Source: a bacterium | GTDB lineage: Bacteria > Electryoneota > Electryoneia > Electryoneales > Electryoneaceae | NCBI GenBank assembly: GCA_963675295.2 | Contig: CAXXKJ010000002.1 | Location: 3,168,001 to 3,232,000 of the forward strand | DNA length: 64,000 nt | Direction of reading: 5' to 3' | Part shown: in pieces, positions 55,529-64,000 of the stretch | Layout: each line of letters begins with the position of its first letter | Position numbering within the stretch: the first letter of the stretch is position 1 | Position numbers and translations under genes: made by a program | The notes under the pieces: generated by a model | Seen by the model: the letters and a program-made list of their open reading frames with translations, nothing else | What the model was told of the DNA's origin: nothing | Databases searched by the model: none

Positions 55529-58161
55529 ACTTCCCAAGCTGGCTTCTGGAAGCGACGGGCGGCGGTGTGTTGATTGCGTTAATCGCGGTGCCGCATGTGT
55601 TCATCTCCCATCTCGCGGTGGGTGGCGGGATCTTCATCTGGCTGCTCGACCGGAAAGCGTTTAAGACCGGCGACACGCTGATCAACGACTTCCTGCGAAA
55701 GCACAACTGGGTCTTCCTGCTGACGACGATGATCTTCGGAGGGGTGTCCGGTGTCGGTATCTGGTTCATCATCGCGCTGGTACAACCGGCAGCGACATCC
55801 TCGCTGATTCACAACTTCGTCTTCGGTTGGGCGATCGAATGGGTGTTCTTCCTCGGTGAAGTTGTCGCATTGATCGTCTACCACTACTACTTCGACCGGC
55901 TGGAACGGAAGGCCCGGCTGAACGTGGCGTTCCTCTATGCCCTGTTCGCTTGGCTCAGCCTGTTCATCATCAATGGCATCCTGACGTTCATGCTGACGCC
56001 GGGCAAGTGGATCGAGACGCACAACTTCTGGCACGGGTTCCTCAACCCGGGCTACTTCGCGGCGTTGTTCTTCCGCACGTTTGCCGCGATCCTGATGGCC
56101 GGTGCGTTCGCGTACATCGTCGGGGCGTTCAACAAGGATGATGCGATCCACGACCGGTTCACCCGGATCGGGGCGCGCTGGTCGCTGGTTGGTCTGGTTG
56201 GCATGGTCCCGACCGGGTTCTGGTACTATTACACCACCCCGGCGGCGACACGGGCGATCTCGTTCGGGATGAACCCACAGCTGGGACCGTGGGTGACGAC
56301 AATGCTGGTGGCGACGGCGATCCTGGTCGTCTTTTCCCTGATCGGCGTGATGAAGCTCCCGCGTGGGATGCGGATGGGCCTGGCGGTGCTGACGGCACTG
56401 GCGGCGTTCGCGTGGATCGGCGGGTTCGAATACACCCGTGAATACGCCCGGAAGCCGTGGGTGATCTATGATACGATGTATTCCAACAGCTTCCTCGCCG
56501 GGGACGACGAGGTGTACGCCCAGTCCGGCGTATTATCGTCCGCGAAGTGGGTGCAGAACCACGCGGTGACGAAGGAGAACGAGCTCGCGGCAGGCCGGGA
56601 GCTGTTCGAGCTGGAATGCCTGGCATGCCACACCGTCGGTGGCCGAAGTGATGTTGCTGACCTGACCGCGGCCTACCCGTGGATGGGTGTCAAGTCGTTG
56701 CTGACCGGTCAGGGCAAGGCGCGTGGCTACATGCCGCCGTTCATCGGGAACGAGGTCGAGATGGACGCGTTGGCCAGCTACATCACCGCCGGCCTGCACA
56801 AGAAACCGATTGTGCGTGAGGTGGAACCGTCCGGCAGGGCCGGGGAGATCTACGACGAGCCGTTACCGCCGAAGCCGGACGACTATGTGCTGTTGTCGTG
56901 GATGCAGGTAGGCGGGATGCGTTGCGTGTCGGACGCGGACGCGTACTTCACGATCATGCCGCCGACGACGATCTTCGACGCGCAGCTGATCAAGCGTGGC
57001 GACCCGCCAGAGGTGATTACCGAGGGTGTCACGGTTACCTACGAAGCGCCAGAGCAGCACAAGCACCCGTCCCGGCACAGCAAGTTCTGGGACCACATCA
57101 CGTCACTGATGGGCACTGACACCTACAAGGACATGAACCCGAAGTCCGACGAGGCAATGTCCGGCGAGCTGAAGCTGGTGGAAGGGACGACGTGGTTCCG
57201 TGCCGGGAAGATCCCGACGGTTCCGTACCGGGATGACGGCGGCTATGATCCGTATCCGGTGTTCACCATCCGTGCGTTGGACGCCGACGGCAACCTGCTG
57301 GCGGAAACGCAGGCGGTGGGGTCGACGACGACGGAGATGGCGTGCAAGAACTGTCACGGCGGCGACTGGCGCGATCCGAATCTTGCGGGCATGAGTGACC
57401 AGACGGCGCGGAACATCCTCGCGGCGCACGACCGGCTGAGCGGCACGAACCTGCTGGCCGAGGCGGAGGCAGGCAACCCGCGCCGCTGCCAGAACTCGGC
57501 GTGTCACGGCGATCCGGCCCCGGGCATCCCGGACAACCCGGAGGTGTTGAGCATGTCGGCGGCGATGCACGGCTGGCACGCCAACTACATGTTCGCCGAA
57601 GGCATGGACGCCTGCACGATGTGCCACCCGAACGATTCGCGCGGGTTCACCCGTTGCTTCCGTGGGCTGCACGCGGATGTCGGGTTCGGTTGCGCCGACT
57701 GCCACGGGGAGATTCAGGACCACGCGATCGCGTTGCTGAAGGCTGAGGCGGACAAACCGGCAGCGGGTGTGTTGCTGGCGAACCTTGAGCCGGTGACGGC
57801 GGCGTCTGTGGACGAGATCAACCCGCGCAAGCCCTGGGGGCAGGAACCGGATTGCATGGGCTGTCACGCCGATTACCAGCCACCAGACGACTTCGCGTCA
57901 TTCAATAACTGGACCGAACCGGGGCAGGTGTACAAGAACCGGACGGACGATTCGGGGTCGTTGCGTTGCGTCGCCTGCCATGGCACGCCGCACGTGGTAT
58001 ACCCCGCGGTGAACGCGTTCGCCGGTGAGGTGATCGACAACATCCAGCCGTTGCAGTACCAGGACGAGCCACGCGTGATCGCGACCGGCGGACGCTGCAC
58101 CGTCTGCCACACGGTGATGCCCGAGTTCGAGCTGCATCACGATAATTCGTTGCGGCGGTAG
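55525..58161 (+). CDS. Cytochrome bd subunit I-like membrane domain fused to multiheme cytochrome c
   Basis: HVFISHLAVGGG, GVGIWF, WAIEWVFF, REYARKPWVI; CLACH, CKNCH, CTMCH, CADCH, CMGCH, CVACH, CTVCH plus CQNSACH. Confidence 0.85.
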   Translation: MNFPSWLLEATGGGVLIALIAVPHVFISHLAVGGGIFIWLLDRKAFKTGDTLINDFLRKHNWVFLLTTMIFGGVSGVGIWFIIALVQPAATSSLIHNFVFGWAIEWVFFLGEVVALIVYHYYFDRLERKARLNVAFLYALFAWLSLFIINGILTFMLTPGKWIETHNFWHGFLNPGYFAALFFRTFAAILMAGAFAYIVGAFNKDDAIHDRFTRIGARWSLVGLVGMVPTGFWYYYTTPAATRAISFGMNPQLGPWVTTMLVATAILVVFSLIGVMKLPRGMRMGLAVLTALAAFAWIGGFEYTREYARKPWVIYDTMYSNSFLAGDDEVYAQSGVLSSAKWVQNHAVTKENELAAGRELFELECLACHTVGGRSDVADLTAAYPWMGVKSLLTGQGKARGYMPPFIGNEVEMDALASYITAGLHKKPIVREVEPSGRAGEIYDEPLPPKPDDYVLLSWMQVGGMRCVSDADAYFTIMPPTTIFDAQLIKRGDPPEVITEGVTVTYEAPEQHKHPSRHSKFWDHITSLMGTDTYKDMNPKSDEAMSGELKLVEGTTWFRAGKIPTVPYRDDGGYDPYPVFTIRALDADGNLLAETQAVGSTTTEMACKNCHGGDWRDPNLAGMSDQTARNILAAHDRLSGTNLLAEAEAGNPRRCQNSACHGDPAPGIPDNPEVLSMSAAMHGWHANYMFAEGMDACTMCHPNDSRGFTRCFRGLHADVGFGCADCHGEIQDHAIALLKAEADKPAAGVLLANLEPVTAASVDEINPRKPWGQEPDCMGCHADYQPPDDFASFNNWTEPGQVYKNRTDDSGSLRCVACHGTPHVVYPAVNAFAGEVIDNIQPLQYQDEPRVIATGGRCTVCHTVMPEFELHHDNSLRR

Positions 58162-58195
58162 CACCGTATCTTAGTGTATACCGAGATAGTATCCG

Positions 58196-58228
58196 ACGAG
58201 GATGGCTCTTTTAGCCATCCTCGTTTTC
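58196..58228 (+). terminator. Intrinsic terminator
   Basis: ACGAGGATGGCT-cttt-t-AGCCATCCTCGT followed by T-run. Confidence 0.75.
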
Positions 58229-58351
58229 GTGAGTAAGAAGTTGACGGTCTCTTTTTGTCTCGTCATCCTTGTCTGGGTTCATTTTGATGTTCACATTAAT
58301 AGTATCGGAACGCTAGATCAGTACCAGGTCATGATTTGAAACGGGGGAACA

Positions 58352-60496
58352 ATGAAACTGATCATCACCTTACTCCTGCTACTTTGCTGCGTGGTAGCAT
58401 CCTCGGCTCAAGACAGCCTGAGCATTGATATCGTCGGGTATGTGCCGAGTTGGGATGCGGGACACAGCATCGCAACGTCCGGATCCCTTGCCTACATATC
58501 GACCGATCTCACCGGCATCCGCATCCTGGACATTTCGGACAAAACAAACCCGCATGAAATTGGATTTTATAATATAGGCGGATCTTATGAAAAGATGAAA
58601 ATCTATAATGATGTTATGTATTGTGATAGAATGGGCGGGCTAGCTATTATAGATATAAGCGATCCTATGCACCCTTATGAATTAAATCATACATCATTAG
58701 GAGTTGTTAATGACTTTGTTTTTCATGATAATTATATCTATACAGCTCAAGGAAGCGCTGGATGGAGTATTATTGACATCAGTGACCCTTACAATCCTGA
58801 AACGATATATTATTTGAATACAGATTTTTCAGTATATTCAGTAAGATATTCCAGTGATTTTTTATATATATCTACAGAAGATGGATTAATGATTTATGAT
58901 ATTTCGACTCCGTCGTATCCAAACTACATCAGCACGATAGTTTTTCGTGATACATTCAGCTGTTTTGAGATAAGAGATGAAGTAATTTATTTTGTATCTG
59001 GTGCAGGTCTGACAGCGTATGATATCAGTGTTATTATCAATCCTATACTAATCGGTTCAACTGACGTCAGGTTGAGCACGAAATATTTTGAATTAATTGG
59101 TAACAAGATTTTTGGTGTAGGTACCAACAACTTATCAATATATTTAATAGATGATTATGGCAAACCACGGCTATTAAACTCGTACGACGGGATTTCTAAT
59201 GGTATTCACATGGAACTAGAATTTGATATTTCCACGTCTGAAATTTGCGCCTATGTTTTGACAGGAAGACCAGATGTTCACATCTTCCAGATATATCCAA
59301 ACAATGAGATTACTGAATTAGGATACGTGTCAGAGAAATGCAGTCCCAGAAATGTTGTCGTACGTGATAATCTCGCTTATCTCGCAAGCGCTGATTATGG
59401 TCTCAGGATCTACGACGTAAGTACACCCAGTATTCCAACGTTGGTTTCTAGTTACACGGATGTTGATGCTGTTCGGAATATTTATCTGGTTGACAACTAC
59501 GCATATCTATCAGCCTTTGGGGATGGGTTGGTTATCCTGGACATTTCTGATCCACTGAATCCTAGTTTCGTGGGAAGTATTGACCCTGGATGGTACTTGT
59601 CACAGTCGGCTTACGATGTTGTGGTTGTGGGCAACACAGCGTACATGGCGGACGCTGAGGGACTATTCATCATCGATGTAAGTGATCCTACAAATCCCTT
59701 AGAAATTGGATCACTTGAGACAGATTGGAGCTGCATGGCAGTTGATGTTGTTCAGTCTTATGCGTATCTCGCCAACGATCACGATGGGATGCTGGTTGTT
59801 GATATCAGCACAGATCCTGCAAATCCTGAGTTGGTTGCAGACATTGGAACTATTGGGTACGCAAAGGACCTCGATGTCGAGGGCAACTATGCATACGTTG
59901 CTGCCTACGTCGAAGGATTAACGGTAGTCGATATTACCAACCCCTATGATCCTCATCGAGTGGGTTGGTTTAACAATCCAGCCTCGGAATGGGCTCTTGG
60001 CGTGACCGTAGTTGATAATATTGCGTATATGGTCAGTTGCGGTGTTTACGCTCTGGATGTAAGTAATCCATCACAGCCTACGCAGGTTGGTCACATTGAA
60101 ACGACCTGGGCTGCAGATGATGTCTGTGTCGCAGGGAACTATGCTTATACTGCTGAACCCTTCTACATGAACATCATGGAGATTTCACCATTTGCTTCTG
60201 TCAGTCAGCATACAGACGGCAGAGTATCGCAGTCGTACACACTGCGTTCCGCCTATCCGAATCCGTTCAATGCTTCAACAACACTGAGATTCAGCTTGCG
60301 TCAAGAATCAACTGTCAATGTCCTGGTGTACAATACCACCGGAGCGACTATCCGAACACTGGCTTCAGGCTGGTATACTGCGGGTGATCACCATCTGTAT
60401 TTTGACGCGAGCAATCTGACGAGCGGGATGTATTTCGTTGAACTCACAATTCCCGGATACACTCGTGAGGTGCAGCGGATCACACTGGTAAAGTAA
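58352..60496 (+). CDS. Secreted LVIVD-repeat protein with CTD (AT-rich)
   Basis: Repeated YAY....GL.I.DISDP..P units; AYPNPFN...RITLVK. Confidence 0.9.
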   Translation: MKLIITLLLLLCCVVASSAQDSLSIDIVGYVPSWDAGHSIATSGSLAYISTDLTGIRILDISDKTNPHEIGFYNIGGSYEKMKIYNDVMYCDRMGGLAIIDISDPMHPYELNHTSLGVVNDFVFHDNYIYTAQGSAGWSIIDISDPYNPETIYYLNTDFSVYSVRYSSDFLYISTEDGLMIYDISTPSYPNYISTIVFRDTFSCFEIRDEVIYFVSGAGLTAYDISVIINPILIGSTDVRLSTKYFELIGNKIFGVGTNNLSIYLIDDYGKPRLLNSYDGISNGIHMELEFDISTSEICAYVLTGRPDVHIFQIYPNNEITELGYVSEKCSPRNVVVRDNLAYLASADYGLRIYDVSTPSIPTLVSSYTDVDAVRNIYLVDNYAYLSAFGDGLVILDISDPLNPSFVGSIDPGWYLSQSAYDVVVVGNTAYMADAEGLFIIDVSDPTNPLEIGSLETDWSCMAVDVVQSYAYLANDHDGMLVVDISTDPANPELVADIGTIGYAKDLDVEGNYAYVAAYVEGLTVVDITNPYDPHRVGWFNNPASEWALGVTVVDNIAYMVSCGVYALDVSNPSQPTQVGHIETTWAADDVCVAGNYAYTAEPFYMNIMEISPFASVSQHTDGRVSQSYTLRSAYPNPFNASTTLRFSLRQESTVNVLVYNTTGATIRTLASGWYTAGDHHLYFDASNLTSGMYFVELTIPGYTREVQRITLVK

Positions 60497-60556
60497 AGCC
60501 TGGTTTGACTTTGGCGCATCTTAAGTTGAGCAGATAGCAGGGCACATTCGGCCGGT

Positions 60557-60738
60557 GTAGCCCGGGTTTGAAAACCCGGGTTTCATTTCTCCGTGATCAG
60601 AGACTCGAGGCTAAAGCCCCGGGCCACCCACCGCGTTATCGGAGCCAACACTGGCAAGCTGGACGACACCGCAGCCCGCCGTCCGCCGTCCGCAGCCTTT
60701 CCACCACCCGTATTACCACGGACTTAAGTCCGTGGTAA
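60557..60738. repeat. REP-like inverted pair, heptamer tandem and 26-bp palindrome between convergent genes
   Basis: GTAGCCCGGGTTTGAAAACCCGGG (60557-80); inverted GTGGCCCGGGGCTTTAGCCTCGAG (60604-27); TTACCACGGACTTAAGTCCGTGGTAA (60713-38). Confidence 0.6.
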
Positions 60739-60754
60739 GGTAGTAGCGTCACCC

Positions 60755-62482
60755 TCAGAATCGGACCTCCAGCTCCTTGTCCATTGCCTTGACGGCGTGG
60801 TAGCTCACCGTCGCCTTGCCGTTGCCCTGGACGATCCACTGCACGTCCACGTGCCCGAAGGACGGCAGGCGGGTGTAGATCGTACCGGGCTGGTGTTCGA
60901 CAGGCTGAACAATGTCGAGGAATTGGTCCTGCAGGATGCCGCCGCTGACGACCTCGAGGCCGCGTCCCGTGAGGGTCAGCAGGTCCTTCGGCGCGAGCTT
61001 GTGTTGCCACGCCTTGGCGCTCAGGGTCGGGATGGCGTGCAGGTTGGACGCCCGTACCCGCAGGCGTGTCAGCCCGTTGCCGAGGTCGGTCCGTTCCAGC
61101 ACCTCAAGGGCGATCTCCGGGGTGTGCTTAGCGGTGAACAGCACATGGGCAGCGTTCCGGTGGACCAGCTCCTGCAGCTGGAACGGTTGTTCTATACGTG
61201 TGGTGAAGGTCCGCCAACCGCCAACCTGGACCTCGCCCAGCTGCGGGTGCTGGATGGTGGTCCAGTCCTTGAACATGGTGCCCTGGGCGACGTTATCATT
61301 GAAACGCATCCGTTCCAGTTCCCATGGGACGTCATCGTCCGCGACCCACTCGTCGTCCGTCATCTTTCGGTAGCGGTCGTCGATCGGGGAGTGCAGTTCC
61401 TGGACGAAGCCGAGTACGCCGAATGTCTGGTACATGAAGCCATCGAAGTCACCGTAGGTGGAGTAGAGATCGTCCTTACTGACGATGTATTCGTAGCCCG
61501 GCAGGATCTTCTCCCCTTCTTCGCCGAGGAAGTCGAAGACCTTGATGTCGGACGGCGGATACGGCCCGTCGAGCTCCGATCCGGGGCCGCGCACGATCAT
61601 GCCACCGTAGTTGTGGAACGCCCAGTTGAAGGCGAGATTCGGCTTGCTGAGCACGAACTGCCCGACAGCGTACGTTGGCTTTGCGGACATCGGGAAGTCG
61701 CCCGCGCCGTACTGGACGTAGGGCGGTTGCCACGTGCCACCATAGTTACGGTTCATGTCCAGCTGGCCGGGCAGGTCTTCGTTGATCTGGCCGTCGCCGT
61801 CGTTGTCGATGCCCTCACGTTCGATGATCCGCCATTCACCCTGTTCCCACGGCTTGCGGCGAACCATCAGCCGGGGATCGTCCGGGGAGGTGCGGTACGG
61901 CCCGGTCGGGTCGGCAACCCTCATCCGCAGGATCTCGCCGTCGCCGTCGAGGTCGTCGTAGCCGTCCTCGTCCAGCAGGCCGTCACGGTCGTCGTCGTAC
62001 GGGACACGGGCGGTGCGTCCGATGCTGTAGTTGGACGCGTCCTCGAAGAAGCGGGCACGGCTGTCAACGTTGACCGTCGGTACGATGTAGAATGCGTTCC
62101 GGTCGACCGCCTCGGTGACCGTCGGGATGTCGCCGTAGTTCTCCAGTAGATACCACGCAACATACAGGCAGACCTCCGTCGCCTGGATTTCGTTGCCGTG
62201 GATGGTCCCGTCAACGTAAATCCCGGGCTTGTCGAGGTCGTCACCGGTGTCCGGGTTGTTGATCGTCAACTGCCACAGGTCCCGGCCTTCTTCACTCTGG
62301 CCGATGGACTGCAGGGATGCCAGTCCACTGTACGCTTTGGACAACTGCCGCAGCGCATCCTCGGTCTGTTGGTAGTCGTAGAAGTGATCCCAGCGCAGGT
62401 TGACCTTGTAATCGTCCGCCACGGAAGTGGTCACAAAGGACAACAGCAGCATCATGGTGACAATCAGGCTCAGGTGTTTCAT
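60755..62482 (-). CDS. M14 zinc carboxypeptidase family protein
   Basis: SIGQSEEGR, IHGNE, NVDSR, DMNRNY, FHNYGG; acidic DxDxDG insert. Confidence 0.9.
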   Translation of the reverse strand: MKHLSLIVTMMLLLSFVTTSVADDYKVNLRWDHFYDYQQTEDALRQLSKAYSGLASLQSIGQSEEGRDLWQLTINNPDTGDDLDKPGIYVDGTIHGNEIQATEVCLYVAWYLLENYGDIPTVTEAVDRNAFYIVPTVNVDSRARFFEDASNYSIGRTARVPYDDDRDGLLDEDGYDDLDGDGEILRMRVADPTGPYRTSPDDPRLMVRRKPWEQGEWRIIEREGIDNDGDGQINEDLPGQLDMNRNYGGTWQPPYVQYGAGDFPMSAKPTYAVGQFVLSKPNLAFNWAFHNYGGMIVRGPGSELDGPYPPSDIKVFDFLGEEGEKILPGYEYIVSKDDLYSTYGDFDGFMYQTFGVLGFVQELHSPIDDRYRKMTDDEWVADDDVPWELERMRFNDNVAQGTMFKDWTTIQHPQLGEVQVGGWRTFTTRIEQPFQLQELVHRNAAHVLFTAKHTPEIALEVLERTDLGNGLTRLRVRASNLHAIPTLSAKAWQHKLAPKDLLTLTGRGLEVVSGGILQDQFLDIVQPVEHQPGTIYTRLPSFGHVDVQWIVQGNGKATVSYHAVKAMDKELEVRF

Positions 62483-63999
62483 CGCCGGCCTCCTTTCAAC
62501 GTGACCCGTCGTTGTTCACCCCCGGCGCTGCTGCTCCACAGGGTGAGGGTGACCTCGCTGCCGGGCCGTGCGGTTACCACCCAGCGTGCCCGTTCGCTGC
62601 CGCCGTTACCCTCGAGTAGGTCGCAGACATGACGCGGGCGTCCCTCGAGGAAAGCATCTGCCTCGACCCCCTCGAGCGTCAGGGTTACGGGTGACGGCCG
62701 CTGGGTGCGTTGTCCGTGCCACGTCGGATACGGCAGGAAGCCGGTATTCGTGATCCAGGCATCCAGTTCGTAGACACCGGCTGCACGTTCGGTCACCGCG
62801 ACGCTGTCGATCACCACGCGGGGCAGCAGATCAGACAGCTCCAGCACGAACGGCAGCTGCGTATCGATCAGCCCCTCGACTTCGTCCGGCTTCGGCGCGA
62901 GGGTCGCGTAGGGTCGCACACCACCGATCTCGACGCGTCCGAGGGTCGCATGGTCGAACGGCTTCCACGCGATCCACGCCGATGGATCATAGGCCAGCAA
63001 CGCGTCCAGCTCCGGGTCGGCATAGCCGGGATCGGTGTCCGTATCCGCGACCACGCTGTCTTCATCTGCTGGGGCGGGCGTCGGCAATGTCCAGAAGTCC
63101 AGCGCGAAGGTTGGCGTGCCGTACTGGTAGTAGGCCCACTGTTCCACCGATCCGTCCTCCGGCGGCGGGGAATCGAGACGGTCACCGTTCGCCCCGCTGG
63201 AGTCGAGGAAGGCGGTATAGCGGTCGGCGATCACGTTCCAGTAGGCCAGATCTTTCGGGTGTGGGTCGGTTTCGGCGCCGGTGCTGATCCAGCCCAGCAG
63301 TTGGTCAACTGTCACCCCGGGACGGCTGAGCGCATCCCGCGTGATGGTCAGCATCTCCCCCAGCTTCATCGACGATCCGCGCTTCAACCCGGCACGGCGC
63401 GCCAGCCAACCGGGCACGGCGAAGGATTCGTTCAGCAGGTCGGCCTTGCGGTCGCTTTCGGGGACCTGACGCAGAGTGTTGCTGCGTCCGAACACCAGCA
63501 CCATCGCGATGTTGGTGTGGTCGTAGGCAAAGCGCAGCAGTTCGCGTGTTTCGGTCTCGCTGGCTGCCCACAGACCGGCGTCGTCGGTGTGCATCGGCCA
63601 ATTGTGCGGGAAGTTGTGGTTGGGATTGACACCGCCGACGAGATCTTCGTTGATGCTGCCGTCGAGGTCGTTGTCGATTCCTTCCGGGAACAGCCGGTAG
63701 CGGCCTCCCTGCCCTTCGGTCGGATCGGCGGGTTTCAGGTACGGCTTGTCCGCGACAGCAGCAAAGGTCCCTTCCGGGTGCGGTTGACGGATCATCGTGA
63801 TCACGCCGTCCCCGTTAATGTCGTCCGCGATGTCTTCGTCCACCAGCCGGTCGGCGTCGTTGTTGACCGGTTTCGCGTTGGTGAAGCGTTCCATCCTGAC
63901 CGGCGCGAAGAAGGATGCGTAACCGTCCGGGTTGCCGCAGGCGTAGATGTACCACGTGACGTCCTCGGTGTACCCAGCCCACTCCCCGGCCAGTCGTTG
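62479..63999 (-). CDS. M14 peptidase-like protein, 5' end outside window
   Basis: The frame is open to the window edge (TWYIYACGNPDG); NPNHNFP, SETETR; paralogous to the downstream gene. Confidence 0.85.
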   Translation of the reverse strand, partial: QRLAGEWAGYTEDVTWYIYACGNPDGYASFFAPVRMERFTNAKPVNNDADRLVDEDIADDINGDGVITMIRQPHPEGTFAAVADKPYLKPADPTEGQGGRYRLFPEGIDNDLDGSINEDLVGGVNPNHNFPHNWPMHTDDAGLWAASETETRELLRFAYDHTNIAMVLVFGRSNTLRQVPESDRKADLLNESFAVPGWLARRAGLKRGSSMKLGEMLTITRDALSRPGVTVDQLLGWISTGAETDPHPKDLAYWNVIADRYTAFLDSSGANGDRLDSPPPEDGSVEQWAYYQYGTPTFALDFWTLPTPAPADEDSVVADTDTDPGYADPELDALLAYDPSAWIAWKPFDHATLGRVEIGGVRPYATLAPKPDEVEGLIDTQLPFVLELSDLLPRVVIDSVAVTERAAGVYELDAWITNTGFLPYPTWHGQRTQRPSPVTLTLEGVEADAFLEGRPRHVCDLLEGNGGSERARWVVTARPGSEVTLTLWSSSAGGEQRRVTLKGGRR

Positions 64000-64000
64000 C

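Overview
This is a GC-rich bacterial window, probably from an FCB-superphylum lineage. That placement is an inference from eight secreted proteins ending in a 'PNPFN...KV(M/T)L(V/L/M)(R/K)'-type T9SS/FlgD-like C-terminal domain (CTD). The first 41 kb reads as a tandem array of tRNA-targeting integrative modules. A conserved ~135-bp non-coding arm occurs three times (6446, 27584, 40851). Each copy is fused at the anticodon loop to the 3' half of a different tRNA (Pro-GGG, Arg-ACG, Arg-TCG-like) and followed by a terminator. The three sites delimit (A) a minimal satellite-like element with tyrosine integrase, Xis/AlpA-like protein, PrimPol-HTH and an FG-GAP-CTD cargo; (B) a 21-kb integrase-less sulfate sensing/uptake module (cysC, porin, sbp-cysTWA, a receiver-SLC13 fusion, many two-component and sigma54 regulators); and (C) a 13-kb integrase-less module with a TonB receptor, a 5'-nucleotidase and secreted proteins sharing uncharacterised domains. 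In two of the three sites the arm starts exactly 5 nt after the stop codon of a CTD gene ending QKVMLVR. Elsewhere a 234-bp near-identical CTD-coding direct repeat brackets a compositionally distinct gene. Together these suggest CTD-anchored capture or shuffling of secreted-protein genes. The rest of the window holds more CTD proteins, a YgjP-like metallopeptidase, a TSUP/cytidylate-kinase-like/two-component operon, PsiE, a cytochrome bd-like/multiheme c pair and two M14 peptidases. No rRNA, intact tRNA or CRISPR array was seen.
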